Source: Myxococcales bacterium (lineage in GTDB: Bacteria; Myxococcota_A; Polyangia; Polyangiales; Polyangiaceae). Taken from it: a DNA stretch of 64,000 bases. The position numbers and the translations under genes are program-made. The notes beneath the pieces were generated by a model, which saw nothing but the letters and a program-made list of their open reading frames with translations, was not told where the DNA came from and ran no database searches. This document shows positions 19,288 to 29,386 of the stretch, in pieces; the stretch's first letter is position 1, and every line of letters begins with the position of its first letter. The stretch is taken from contig JAYTOU010000093.1 of NCBI GenBank assembly GCA_043747615.1, forward strand, positions 1-64,000, given 5' to 3'.

Positions 19288-19297
19288 AGCCCCTGCG

Positions 19298-19370
19298 GGG
19301 CCAATAGCTCAATTGGTAGAGCAGCGGACTCTTAATCCGTTGGCTGACAGTTCAAGTCTGTCTTGGCCCA
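19298..19370 (+). tRNA. tRNA-Lys(CUU), copy 1
   Basis: Cloverleaf: acceptor GGGCCAA/TTGGCCC, D arm GCTC/GAGC, anticodon arm GCGGA-CTCTTAA-TCCGT, T arm GACAG-TTCAAGT-CTGTC. 73 nt; CCA not encoded. Confidence 0.96.
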
Positions 19371-19529
19371 CAAGATTTTCTCGGTGCTAGGATGGGGGCG
19401 GTACGGGTCGCGGCGGAATGGCGCGCTATTCTGCGTTCAACTCCTTCGCGTCATGTAATTGCCATTCAGGTCAGCCCATGATTTTCGAGCTCTTTTGGCC
19501 ATTGTGCTGCGATTGATCCGGGACCTCAC

Positions 19530-20570
19530 ATGAACGGCAAGCGCATCAGCATCATCATGCCTACCTTCAACTCTGAGCGTACCATCGAGCTCTCTTTCCG
19601 CTCGATTCTCGCGCAGACATATCCGAGGGAGCTGGTCGAAATTCTGGTGGTCGACGGCGGGTCGAGCGACCGCACGTGCGAGCTCGCGCGCGCCGTGGGT
19701 GCAATCGTGATTCCCAATCCGAAGACGCATCCGGAATACGCCAAGCACATCGGCCTGCTCCAGGCGAAAGGCGACGTGGCCGTATTTCTCGACTCCGACG
19801 AGGAACTTGCCAACCCCTCCGCGCTCGAGAACCGGGTGAGGGCCTTCGAGAAGAATCCGGGTGTCCGCACGCTTATGTGCGGCGGTTATCGGAAGCCCGA
19901 AGGGGCTTCGAGCGCGAACGACTACCTCAACATCTTTTCCGATCCATTCACCTGGTTCATGTACGGAACAACCTCGGAAGAGGATACGAAGGCGGCGTCC
20001 TGGGCCGATCACTACCGCAAGGAAGGCGCCGTTTTCTGGTTCAAGGACGGGCCGCTGCCGCTCGTGGACTACTGCGCAGGCAATACGATCGATCTGGTGT
20101 GGGCTCGGGAAGCACTCAAAACGGAGCTCAAGGAAGTCATCGTCGTGCCCCGCCTGTTCTACGAGATCTTGGCCAAGGGGGGCGGGGTCATGGTGCTCGA
20201 GAACGACCCTATTATCCATCACTCCGCCGATAGCTTCGCGAAGCTCTTTTGGAAGATCCGGTGGAGAGTCGTCGGGAACATTCATTACGCGCATGTGCCG
20301 GCCACTGGGTTCGTCAACCGCGAGCACTACGAATCGCGGTCGCGCCAGCTCAGGAAATACCTCTTCGTCCCCTACGCCCTGACCATGGTGCTGCCGATCG
20401 TGGATAGTCTCGGGCAATTCGCGCGCACGAGGAAGCCCGCGACCTTGGTGCATCCCCCGCTGGCATTCGCGACGGCAAGCCTGATTCTCTTTTACTACGG
20501 GCTCAAGGTCGTGGGCTACCGACCGCGCCTCAAGACGTATGGGGACGAGACGAAAGATCTCGTGCTCTGA
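19530..20570 (+). CDS. GT2 glycosyltransferase with C-terminal TM segments
   Basis: ISIIMPTFN, VDGGSSD, FLDSDE. Confidence 0.88.
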   Translation: MNGKRISIIMPTFNSERTIELSFRSILAQTYPRELVEILVVDGGSSDRTCELARAVGAIVIPNPKTHPEYAKHIGLLQAKGDVAVFLDSDEELANPSALENRVRAFEKNPGVRTLMCGGYRKPEGASSANDYLNIFSDPFTWFMYGTTSEEDTKAASWADHYRKEGAVFWFKDGPLPLVDYCAGNTIDLVWAREALKTELKEVIVVPRLFYEILAKGGGVMVLENDPIIHHSADSFAKLFWKIRWRVVGNIHYAHVPATGFVNREHYESRSRQLRKYLFVPYALTMVLPIVDSLGQFARTRKPATLVHPPLAFATASLILFYYGLKVVGYRPRLKTYGDETKDLVL

Positions 20571-21570
20571 TGCTCGAGCAATTCAAGGTCACGCGCACCG
20601 CGTAGAGCGGACGTCCGTTCACTTCGGCGTGAATTTTCGAAACATAGAGTCCGACGATTCCGAGCGAGACCAGAACGACACCAATCAAAAAAGTGTTGAA
20701 CACCATGGCTTGCGCAAGTGGCGTGTAATACCAACGGGCCGATACGAACTTTACCGCCGCCACCATCCAGGTGAGACCGAGCGCGCTCGATCCGCAGATG
20801 AACCACCCCAGGTAAAGGACGAAGCGCAGGGGAAAGTGCGAGTGCGACACGAAGCTGTAGATCGCTAGATTCCAGAGCTTCGCGAGGCTGTACGTCGGGC
20901 TTCCGTGCTGGCGCGCAGCAGCATCGAACTGAATGTTGACGCGCTTGAATCCCAGCCAGTCGACGAGGCCCCGAAACAGTCGTTGCCGCTCGTGAATGAG
21001 AAGGAGCGCATCGCAGACCTTTCGATCGATGAGACGAAAATCCGTACTCTGCGAGACCGATGCATGATCGGATATCCGCTTCATGATGAAGTGGTAGGCA
21101 ATTGACCCAAGATGCCGAAGAAGCGTTTTCTTCTCGGTCGTGCGTCGCACGGCAACGACGACCTCCGCTCCGTCGCGCCACGCTTCCACGAAGTCGGCGA
21201 TCAGCTCGGGAGGATGCTGCAGGTCAGCGTCCATGCAGATGACCGCGTCGCCCACGGCGTAGTGCAGACCGGCGCTGATCGCTGCCTCTTTGCCGAAGTT
21301 CCGGGAGAGATCAACGACCTTCACCTGCGGCATCGCGCGAGCCATCTTGTGGAGCACGAGGAGAGATTCGTCGGTGCTGCCGTCGTTGACGAAAACATAC
21401 TCCCACGAGATTCCCTCGATGCTTCGCGCCACTACCTCGCAGCGCGCGACGAGCGACTCCAGGCTCGCAGCCTCGTTGAACAAGGGCACGACGATCGAGA
21501 CGCACGGAAGGGCCTTGGCTTTCGCTTCCAGCGTGCCGTCGTCGATGTCGGCTTGGGGGCCTGCGGTCAT
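20530..21570 (-). CDS. GT2 GtrB/ArnC-like polyprenol-phosphate glycosyltransferase
   Basis: VVPLFNE, NDGSTD, SRNFGKEAA, DADLQHPP, DFRLID, two C-terminal TMs, RPLY. Confidence 0.92.
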   Translation of the reverse strand: MTAGPQADIDDGTLEAKAKALPCVSIVVPLFNEAASLESLVARCEVVARSIEGISWEYVFVNDGSTDESLLVLHKMARAMPQVKVVDLSRNFGKEAAISAGLHYAVGDAVICMDADLQHPPELIADFVEAWRDGAEVVVAVRRTTEKKTLLRHLGSIAYHFIMKRISDHASVSQSTDFRLIDRKVCDALLLIHERQRLFRGLVDWLGFKRVNIQFDAAARQHGSPTYSLAKLWNLAIYSFVSHSHFPLRFVLYLGWFICGSSALGLTWMVAAVKFVSARWYYTPLAQAMVFNTFLIGVVLVSLGIVGLYVSKIHAEVNGRPLYAVRVTLNCSSIRARDLSSRPHTS

Positions 21571-21695
21571 GCCAACCTTGTGAATGGGTTACTCTGGCCA
21601 GAGATCTGCCGCAACGCCAAAAGCCCATGGGAGATGTCCTTGACGGCGGGTAACGATACGTCTCTCATGCGCCAAATGGTGGAGAAAACGCCGCG

Positions 21696-23528
21696 ATGAC
21701 GGTGCTCGCGCTCGTTCGCCGGTTCCAAAACCGGATGCCCCGCTGGACGCCCGACCTCGTCGCGTTTCTGATCATCGTAGCGCTGGGATATGCCTATCTG
21801 TTTCCTGCGTCGCACGATGTTTTTGTCCCGAATCCGAGTCGGATGATCGGGGACGGCAGCGACCTGACCAGTATTTCTTGGCAATATCGGCTCATCGTTC
21901 GCACGTTCCTTCACGATCCGGCTCGGCTGCTTTTCGGCGCAGTGTTTACGGAAGAGACGAATGCACCGATCGGGGCTGCACTTTGGATTCCCTGGGACGA
22001 GCGCATTCTCGTGCTCCTCCTCTCGCCGTTTACTCGAGACGAGACGCTGCCGACGGTCGTCACGTGGGCTTTGATGTCGCTCAGTGGGCTGGCGATGTAC
22101 GTCTTCGGCCGGGTGATCAAGTGGCCGCGCCTCGTCGCGTTTGGAATGGGAATTTGTTTTGCGTACAACAACTACACGCGTGCCCGGGCAACCGTGCACA
22201 CCGGTTTCACGGGGCTCTTCGGCATCGCGCTCGTGTTCACCGCACTCGAGCTTCTGAGCCAGCGCGCACCGCCCGCAGTCGACGTGGAAGACGCCCGACG
22301 ACGACGCAGAAGGACGTCGATGTGGGGAACGATTGCCCTCTTCTTGGCAATGACTTCCGCTCACTATTACATAGTGATGTTGCTCGCGTTGTCGCCATTC
22401 TTCCTTGTCTACTTCGTAATGCGCGCGAGGAGCTCCGGTCTCCCGGTTTGGCGTTCCGTGGGGCGCTTGGTTGCGTGTAGCCTCCCGGCTGTTGTCTTTC
22501 TCGGTTGGAACTTTTTCATGCCCGTGGCGGCCAAGTACAGAACGGCTGCGTCCGCAGCCCCTGAGGTGCGGAAAGAGAACGTCGAGTTTCTTCACGCCTT
22601 CGGAGCTCACCCCATCGATTACTTGGGGTTCGACGTAAAGCTCGGATCGAAAGATTGGCTCAAGAGCCGAATCGAATACACGGAGACGATTCGCGCGGAG
22701 GTCGGGGGCAGCAATCTCCATGAGCGCAGCAATGGGATCCGCTGGTCTCTGCTCGCGATTTTTTTCGTCGCGACGGTGAGCGCACTGTGGCCTGGCGTAC
22801 GCCACACCGAAGCCCGAAGCGTTCAGCTGCGCAAACTTCTCATCTTTTACGCGGCGATGTGTTTTCTTCTGTCGCTCTCGCCGCAAGGGCTCAAGGTCTA
22901 CGACACCGAGATAGGGCCCTCCCTTTTGATCTTCAAATACCTCCCGAACTTTCGAGTGCCGAGTCGCTTTGGCCCCTACGCCGAATTCGGGATCATCGCC
23001 GTCGCAGGTGAATTCTTGGTCAGCCTGTCCCGCCGATGGAGTGGCGCCGCACAACTCGCCAAATGGGTAGTAAACCCACTCGTGCCCGTCATCGCGATCG
23101 TAGACTACGCGCCAATCAACCCCATGATGATGACTGACTTTACCTACGCGCGGAAAGAGCTAGTGCTCCCAAATGGCGAGTGTGGAATGGGCACGAGCGT
23201 GCCGTTTTCCCATTGGGGCTATTGGCAATATCAACAAGCGCGTGGGACGGGATGCCGGCTTCTCGTTCCGTCGGAGTCTTTGCCCGAGCACCTCATGGAG
23301 TCACGCTTTTCGGAGCATCAGAACTACGACACCGCGCCCGTTCAAGCGTCCGTCGTCTCGTTCGCCCGATGCACCGGAATGGATTGGGTGGTCTTTTGTG
23401 GCAACGTGAGCCGCTCCGCACGCGAAGCCATGTGCGCGGAGCTGGGGTGGAAGCTCGTCTCCAACGACTCGTGTCGCGCGCTCAGTGTGAGCACGACAAA
23501 GCGAAAACCGATGGATTGCTTGCCCTAG
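21696..23528 (+). CDS. Multi-TM membrane protein, probable GT-C fold transferase
   Basis: N-terminal TM then a GDGSD acidic loop, about 11 TMs, FRVPSRF motif and a soluble C-terminal domain. Confidence 0.65.
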   Translation: MTVLALVRRFQNRMPRWTPDLVAFLIIVALGYAYLFPASHDVFVPNPSRMIGDGSDLTSISWQYRLIVRTFLHDPARLLFGAVFTEETNAPIGAALWIPWDERILVLLLSPFTRDETLPTVVTWALMSLSGLAMYVFGRVIKWPRLVAFGMGICFAYNNYTRARATVHTGFTGLFGIALVFTALELLSQRAPPAVDVEDARRRRRRTSMWGTIALFLAMTSAHYYIVMLLALSPFFLVYFVMRARSSGLPVWRSVGRLVACSLPAVVFLGWNFFMPVAAKYRTAASAAPEVRKENVEFLHAFGAHPIDYLGFDVKLGSKDWLKSRIEYTETIRAEVGGSNLHERSNGIRWSLLAIFFVATVSALWPGVRHTEARSVQLRKLLIFYAAMCFLLSLSPQGLKVYDTEIGPSLLIFKYLPNFRVPSRFGPYAEFGIIAVAGEFLVSLSRRWSGAAQLAKWVVNPLVPVIAIVDYAPINPMMMTDFTYARKELVLPNGECGMGTSVPFSHWGYWQYQQARGTGCRLLVPSESLPEHLMESRFSEHQNYDTAPVQASVVSFARCTGMDWVVFCGNVSRSAREAMCAELGWKLVSNDSCRALSVSTTKRKPMDCLP

Positions 23529-24148
23529 CGCGGAAAAATTCGAATGACGTTATCGACGACATCGAACGTCGCGTTTGGTGCAAGGCCGGTGACGATTTGC
23601 TTTAGCGCACCGATGGTCGGGTAATCGCCTTGTCCCGTGAAGCAATGGGCGTCGTCGATGAGGACGACGTGGCCTTTGACCTTGTGGCCAAGCACGAGCT
23701 CGACTTCCTTGATCACGGGCGTGAGTAGCTCCCCCTGCCCAGTGACGCCGCCGGAATAGTGGCCGTCCAACCAGAAGAGCGTTTTGACAGACACGCGAGC
23801 GAGCAAGTCGGTCAGCACCCTGGCGCTGTCCCCCAGAAGAATGCGGACATGACTCTTTCGGCGAAAGCGGGCGCTAGCCCGGGCGTGAAGAGTCGGCGCA
23901 ACTTCAATCGAGACGATCTCGTCAAAGTCATTCTCCAGTCGATGGACCATGTCCCCCAGGTACGTTCCCGTCTCGACGAAGCTGCGGATTCCGGATGCTC
24001 TCGCGGCGTCGCGGATCATCTCTTCTTTCGCCGCGTGAGGCGGGGGCGCCGGCCGCCCGCGCATGCGCCACTGCATCAGGATAGCGGGCCGCGCTAACGC
24101 GTAGATGGGCGTGGCTCGAAGCGAGCTCTTGATCGCAGGGAGTAACAT
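23525..24148 (-). CDS. Putative class I SAM-dependent methyltransferase
   Basis: FVETGTYLG, SIE, GDS, FWLDGH, LIDDA; start uncertain (24148 or 24202). Confidence 0.75.
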   Translation of the reverse strand: MLLPAIKSSLRATPIYALARPAILMQWRMRGRPAPPPHAAKEEMIRDAARASGIRSFVETGTYLGDMVHRLENDFDEIVSIEVAPTLHARASARFRRKSHVRILLGDSARVLTDLLARVSVKTLFWLDGHYSGGVTGQGELLTPVIKEVELVLGHKVKGHVVLIDDAHCFTGQGDYPTIGALKQIVTGLAPNATFDVVDNVIRIFPR

Positions 24149-24161
24149 TCGGCTCCCAGTA

Positions 24162-25340
24162 TCATGCTTCCGCTTTGCGGTCGCGGGTTGCGAGGCCGGC
24201 AAGCATGGCTGCGCCGTAGAAAAGCGTGGCGACAGCTAACGCGGTCGTCGTGGAGTGCCCACGCATGACACGGCTCAACGTGAGCACGCTCAAGATCAAA
24301 AACGCCAAGAGCAGGACGGGCGGTCTGAGGGATCGGAACGCGATCCCCCGTTGGATTCGGCCGAAGATGGCGCTCAGCAGAAGAAAATTGGCGGATGACA
24401 GAGCGATCCAAGCCCGGGGCGCGGAGATCGTCTTGTGAAGGACGTTCGCCAGAAACCACGGTGCGAGGGCCGTGAGCAGCGCTGCGGCGACGGCGAGCAC
24501 CGCGAAGAGGCCAGCTTCTCCATACCGCAGCCACCAACCAAGCCTGCTTTCCTCGTTACCTCGCGCGAGTCGAAGTTGGTAGGGATAGAGGACTTGGAGG
24601 CCAATCAATCCCAAAAAGAAAAGCGATTTACCAAGGGTTTGAGCTTGGCCGAAAACGCCAGCGCTCTCTTGGGTCTGAGAGCCGCTCACCACCAAGAAGT
24701 CCGCAAACTGGAAGAGGGACCCGGCAACGGCGAGAATCGTGGCGCCGACCAAGCGGCTAAACAGCGCGGACGTGGAGGCGTCGACGGGTTCGGGGCGAGC
24801 GATCGCCTCGTGCTCCGAGTGGCTGACGAACACCACTGCGCCGACGATGGTGGCCGTGGCGTTGGAGGCCGCAAACGCTCGGCGAAAGCCTTCGGCGTCC
24901 ATTCCGACGGCCAGCACGAAGGCCAAGCGGGACAGCCCGAGCGTCAAATTAGAGGCTGCGAGCGCGCGGACCCACGTGAGCGATTGAAATGTCCCGGTGA
25001 CATATCCAAATAGCAAACAGGTCACCACGGAGAGGGCGCCGGATATCCAAGGAAGCGCAGTCTGCCGCACGAGAACGAGACTTACGAGCACTAGCGAGGC
25101 ACCCGACAAAAAGGCGAGTCCGGTCCTTCGAGCAGGCGCGTGAATCTTCGTACGAAGGCTCACCGAATACTGCAGGACAATCCCCGCGACTGACGCGAGA
25201 CTCACCCAGAAGAGCCATAAGTTCAGCCTTGCAAACTGGACGTCATCGAGCGCACGGGCCGCGAGCAACTGGTAAACATAGGTCGCCGCGCTCGCCGCCA
25301 CTGCGGCCACGGAAAGCAATACCGGGGCTGGGATTCGCAC
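24162..25340 (-). CDS. Wzx/MOP-like flippase
   Basis: About 12 hydrophobic segments; YVYQLLAARAL, D..VV, AGVFG..TLGK pattern; glycan-locus context. Confidence 0.72.
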   Translation of the reverse strand: MRIPAPVLLSVAAVAASAATYVYQLLAARALDDVQFARLNLWLFWVSLASVAGIVLQYSVSLRTKIHAPARRTGLAFLSGASLVLVSLVLVRQTALPWISGALSVVTCLLFGYVTGTFQSLTWVRALAASNLTLGLSRLAFVLAVGMDAEGFRRAFAASNATATIVGAVVFVSHSEHEAIARPEPVDASTSALFSRLVGATILAVAGSLFQFADFLVVSGSQTQESAGVFGQAQTLGKSLFFLGLIGLQVLYPYQLRLARGNEESRLGWWLRYGEAGLFAVLAVAAALLTALAPWFLANVLHKTISAPRAWIALSSANFLLLSAIFGRIQRGIAFRSLRPPVLLLAFLILSVLTLSRVMRGHSTTTALAVATLFYGAAMLAGLATRDRKAEA

Positions 25341-25391
25341 GCCGTTGGCGACGACTCTACACGATCCGGGGATCTGCGGAAAACTCCGAGG

Positions 25392-26558
25392 GTGTGTGTG
25401 GTAACGTCGCGTTTCATGCAGCGCGCGCTCGACGAACGAATCGTTCTCGCCTGGAATGGACGAGACGTCGATGGTGGCGGCGACGCCATGTTGGATTTCT
25501 TGCGCGAGCGAAGGACCCGCGAGATTTGGGTGATCAAGCACTCGCTCCTAGCGAATGAATCGGAGCTTGGGCACCATACGCTAGACACCTATCGATCCGG
25601 AGTGCACGGCGACAAACGGACCGCGAAGGCTCCCTTCTTTCCGCCCGCCACGTATCCGCTCGATCTCGTCTTACCCAAAGTGGAAGGCGTATTCGTGGAC
25701 CGCTGGATCGGTTGCACGAACCTCCAGGTCGCTCGCGGCGCGTGGCACCGTCGTTGGCACGGCGTGGGCAAGCTAGTCTATCTATGTGTCGACTTCTCGG
25801 GTGATCGCTTCGGCGATAGCATGGCCACAAGAGCCTTCGACTACGTGGACCGCCTGGCATGTCTCGCGGCAGACGAGATCTGGCCTATTTCGCAGGCATC
25901 CCACGACGCACGAATGCGTCGCTTGAACATCACGCCCAAGGCTCGCGTTCATGTTCTTCCGATGGGCGCGTGGCTCGACCGGACGCCTCACGTTGCCAAG
26001 GAAAATCATGCACGCAAGCGCCTCGTGTACATCGGGGCGCTCGTCGAGAAGCAGGGACTGCGAGCCACTATCGAGGCGCTCGCTCTCTTGGGCAAAGACT
26101 ACGAGCTCGACGTGTACGGCCGCGGTGTGTACGAGGCCGCGCTCAAGGAATGCGCAGAGAAAGCCGGAGTCGCGACTCGCGTTCACTTTCGGGGATTTCT
26201 TTCCGACCATAAGCAACTAGAGCGCGTGCTCGCGGACAGCACACTTGCTCTAGCCTGTTACATTCCGGACATCGCGTCTTTCTCGAAGTATGCTGATCCC
26301 GCCAAGCTAAAGGCATACCTTGCCGCGGGGTTGCCTATCGTCCTCACGGACGTCTCACCAAACGCGAAGGAGCTTGCCGAAAAGGCCGGCGCGGAGCTTA
26401 CAGAGTACGCTCCCGAGAAGATTGCCGCTGCGATCACGCGCTGCATGCAGAGCGAGGAGGCGTGGTGGAAACGCTCACGCGCAGCCCACACGTACATGCA
26501 AGCGTTCGACTGGAACTTCCTTTTTTGTGAGGCTTTTCAGCTGGAGAACGCGTCGTGA
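25392..26558 (+). CDS. GT4 (GT-B) glycosyltransferase
   Basis: YIGALVEKQG, VHFRG, PAKLKAYLAAGLPIV. Confidence 0.85.
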   Translation: MCVVTSRFMQRALDERIVLAWNGRDVDGGGDAMLDFLRERRTREIWVIKHSLLANESELGHHTLDTYRSGVHGDKRTAKAPFFPPATYPLDLVLPKVEGVFVDRWIGCTNLQVARGAWHRRWHGVGKLVYLCVDFSGDRFGDSMATRAFDYVDRLACLAADEIWPISQASHDARMRRLNITPKARVHVLPMGAWLDRTPHVAKENHARKRLVYIGALVEKQGLRATIEALALLGKDYELDVYGRGVYEAALKECAEKAGVATRVHFRGFLSDHKQLERVLADSTLALACYIPDIASFSKYADPAKLKAYLAAGLPIVLTDVSPNAKELAEKAGAELTEYAPEKIAAAITRCMQSEEAWWKRSRAAHTYMQAFDWNFLFCEAFQLENAS

Positions 26559-27334
26559 ACCGCCTCGTTAAACGGGCAGCTCAAGTGTTTGGAGCATTCT
26601 CCGGGTGGGACCCGCGGTTACTGCTCTCTTCGCTCAAGCAGATTCCGGCGTTCGTCGAGTCAGCGGTGGCATACCGAAATTCGGCGCTTGGCGCGCCTTC
26701 GGCAATGCCACTCTCGATATCCAATCTTTTCCCTATCTTGTCCGACGCGACCGCACACGCGGGTGTCGCGCGCGGGCATTACTTTTTTCAAGACTTGTGG
26801 ATGGCCCAGCGCGTTTACGAAAACCATCCTTCGTCTCACGTCGACGTTGGCTCACGCGTCGACGGATTCATCGCGCACCTCCTGACGACCATGAAGGTGA
26901 CGGTGGTGGACGTCCGGCCGCTCGTTAGCGAGGTCCCCGGTCTCACATTCATTCAGGATGACGGGTCAAGCCTTCGCCAATTCGAAGACGGGTCTTTGGA
27001 GTCGCTTTCTAGCCTTCACGCCGTCGAGCACTTTGGGCTCGGCCGGTACGGTGACCCGGTGGATGCGGGGGCTCACGAGCGCGCGATGCGCTCTTTCGTA
27101 CGTGTCCTTCGCCCGGGTGGGCACCTTTATTTTTCGGTCCCCGTAGGCCGCGAGCGCGTCGAGTTCAACGCCCACCGGATCTTCGCGCCGACGACCGTGC
27201 TCGACGTTTTTAGCGACCTTAAGCTGGAGCGCTTTGCAGCGGTTGGCGACGACGGGAGCATGATGCCCGAAGCTCGCCCCGGCGATTTGACGCGGGCCGA
27301 ATACGGTTGCGGGCTCTTCGTGTTTTCGAAGTAA
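26555..27334 (+). CDS. DUF268-like SAM-fold protein
   Basis: HYFFQDLW, DVGSRVDGF, SLHAVEHFGLGRYGDP, FNAHRIF. Confidence 0.8.
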   Translation: MNRLVKRAAQVFGAFSGWDPRLLLSSLKQIPAFVESAVAYRNSALGAPSAMPLSISNLFPILSDATAHAGVARGHYFFQDLWMAQRVYENHPSSHVDVGSRVDGFIAHLLTTMKVTVVDVRPLVSEVPGLTFIQDDGSSLRQFEDGSLESLSSLHAVEHFGLGRYGDPVDAGAHERAMRSFVRVLRPGGHLYFSVPVGRERVEFNAHRIFAPTTVLDVFSDLKLERFAAVGDDGSMMPEARPGDLTRAEYGCGLFVFSK

Positions 27335-27350
27335 GGTAATACGGTCAGTT

Positions 27351-28379
27351 TCACGCCAACATCTCATGCCAGATATCATCGAGTGATTTCGAGATATTCC
27401 AATTTGGGTAATGAGATTTGAATTTTCGCAGATCCGTCATGTAACAGATGTGATCTCCCACGCGATTCTCGTCTACGTACTCGTGGTTGAACTTCTTCCC
27501 GGTGAGCTGCTCGACAGTATCGATGCACTCGAGAATCGAGGCGCTGTTTCCACGCCCTCCACCTAGATTATAAACTTCGCCGGGACGAGGATTTTTCGCA
27601 AACTCCTCCAAGGCACGCACGACGTCGAGACAGTGAATTTGGTCCCTAACCTGCTTGCCCTTGTATCCAAAGATTCGGTACTTCGCACCGGAGACGGCGA
27701 CCTTGACGAAGTAATTGAGAAACCCGTGAAGCTCTACTCCCGCGTGGCGTGGTCCCGTGAGGCAGCCTCCGCGAAAGACGCCCACCTTCAGCCCAAAGTA
27801 ACGACCATATTCCTGGGCAATGAGATCACCCGCAGCCTTGCTCGCACCAAACAAGCTGTGAGTCGATGCGTCGATGCGGCACTTCTCGTCGATGCCTTCG
27901 TAGTCCTCGACCCGCGCGTAGTCCCAGCGCTTGTCGAGCTCCTTGAGCGGGACCTCGTTTGGGGCGTCGCCGTACACCTTGTTGGTGCTCATAAGACAGA
28001 AGACGGCGTCTGGACGATGGAGGCGGGTCGCTTCGAGCAAGTTGAGGGTACCAACGGCGTTGACGTCGAAGTCGTCGAAGGGCCGTTCCTTCGCCAAGTC
28101 GTGTGACGGCTGGGCGGCGCAGTGAATGACGAAGTCGACCTTCACTTCGGAGAAGAGCTTTAGAACGCCTGCGCGATCACGAATGTCGAGCTCGAAGTGC
28201 TGGAAGTTCTTGCAGACTCGAAGCAGACGATCGCGATTTGGTCGCGTGTCTCCGCCCGGGCCGAAGAAGTCCATCCGCATGTTGTTGTCCACGCCGACGA
28301 CGGCGTGCCCGCGCTCGTCGAAATAGGCGACGGCCTCGGAGCCGATCAGCCCGCTACTTCCGGTCACAAGAATGTTCAC
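27351..28379 (-). CDS. NAD-dependent epimerase, CDP-paratose 2-epimerase (tyvelose epimerase)-like
   Basis: [46 protein letters not shown]. Confidence 0.85.
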   Translation of the reverse strand: MNILVTGSSGLIGSEAVAYFDERGHAVVGVDNNMRMDFFGPGGDTRPNRDRLLRVCKNFQHFELDIRDRAGVLKLFSEVKVDFVIHCAAQPSHDLAKERPFDDFDVNAVGTLNLLEATRLHRPDAVFCLMSTNKVYGDAPNEVPLKELDKRWDYARVEDYEGIDEKCRIDASTHSLFGASKAAGDLIAQEYGRYFGLKVGVFRGGCLTGPRHAGVELHGFLNYFVKVAVSGAKYRIFGYKGKQVRDQIHCLDVVRALEEFAKNPRPGEVYNLGGGRGNSASILECIDTVEQLTGKKFNHEYVDENRVGDHICYMTDLRKFKSHYPNWNISKSLDDIWHEMLA

Positions 28380-28460
28380 GCAGCCTCCCAGAAGCTACGA
28401 TCCAGTACATCGCGCGCCCACGGCCCGCAACGGCAAAAAGGGGGTTAGCGGCCGCAGCCG

Positions 28461-29375
28461 GTGAACGCTAGGATGGCCGTCTCGATGAACGGCAAAGATC
28501 TACGGCGTAGGGCGACACTCAAGTTCATAAAAGTCGCGCGCGCCGCCTTCTTCAACACGTGGGTCCACCAACTTCCGATCACGAATTACATTTACAAGAA
28601 GGTATTTGGCAGTCTGTATCGCAACCAACCCGAGGATATCGTCGCATTCCAGGGGCACCGGTTTCACATCAAGACGCACGACATCACGATCCTGCCGAGC
28701 ATGCTGAATGGCACCTACGAGACGAGCGAGCTCGATCTCTATCGTGGGCTCTTGCGGCCCGGGATGCGCGTCGTCGACGTCGGCGCAAACATGGGCATGT
28801 ACTCGGTTATCGGAAGCGCTGCGGTCGGTCCCACGGGGAGCGTCGTTGCCTTCGAGCCCGAAGCTACGAACTTCGATCTTCTTCGGCGCAATCTCGCGGA
28901 GAACGGCTGCGCGAACGTAAAGCCCGTGCAAGCCGGGGTCGGCGCCAAGGCGGGGACGACGAAGCTCTATCTTCAAGACGACAGCATCGGCACTCATTCC
29001 ATCGGCCAGATCGGCGACAGGTGGACGGAGATCGCGATCGTGACCCTCGATGACGAGCTTCTCGGCGGACCAAAGGTCGACTTCATCAAGATGGATATCG
29101 AGGGTTACGAGGAAGCGGCCCTAGAGGGCATGCGTGGTCTGCTCGAACGTGACCGTCCCATTCTTCTCATGGAGTTTGCCCCTTCAGCGCTCGTTCGTTG
29201 CGGAAGCTCGCCTCCCGCGTTCCTCGATTCGCTGCGTAGCCGGTTCGCGCACATGTACTGGGTCCATGGATCCCACGACCTCGTCGAGATCGACGACCAG
29301 AGCTTTTCTGCGCTGCGAGCGAAGGACTTCGGTACCTTCAACCTTCTTCTCGCGAGCGAACTGCTGCGGCCATAG
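28461..29375 (+). CDS. FkbM-family methyltransferase
   Basis: DVGANMG, FEPE, KMDIEGYE; the start may be 28473 or 28485. Confidence 0.88.
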   Translation: MNARMAVSMNGKDLRRRATLKFIKVARAAFFNTWVHQLPITNYIYKKVFGSLYRNQPEDIVAFQGHRFHIKTHDITILPSMLNGTYETSELDLYRGLLRPGMRVVDVGANMGMYSVIGSAAVGPTGSVVAFEPEATNFDLLRRNLAENGCANVKPVQAGVGAKAGTTKLYLQDDSIGTHSIGQIGDRWTEIAIVTLDDELLGGPKVDFIKMDIEGYEEAALEGMRGLLERDRPILLMEFAPSALVRCGSSPPAFLDSLRSRFAHMYWVHGSHDLVEIDDQSFSALRAKDFGTFNLLLASELLRP

Positions 29376-29386
29376 GTCGCTTAGGC

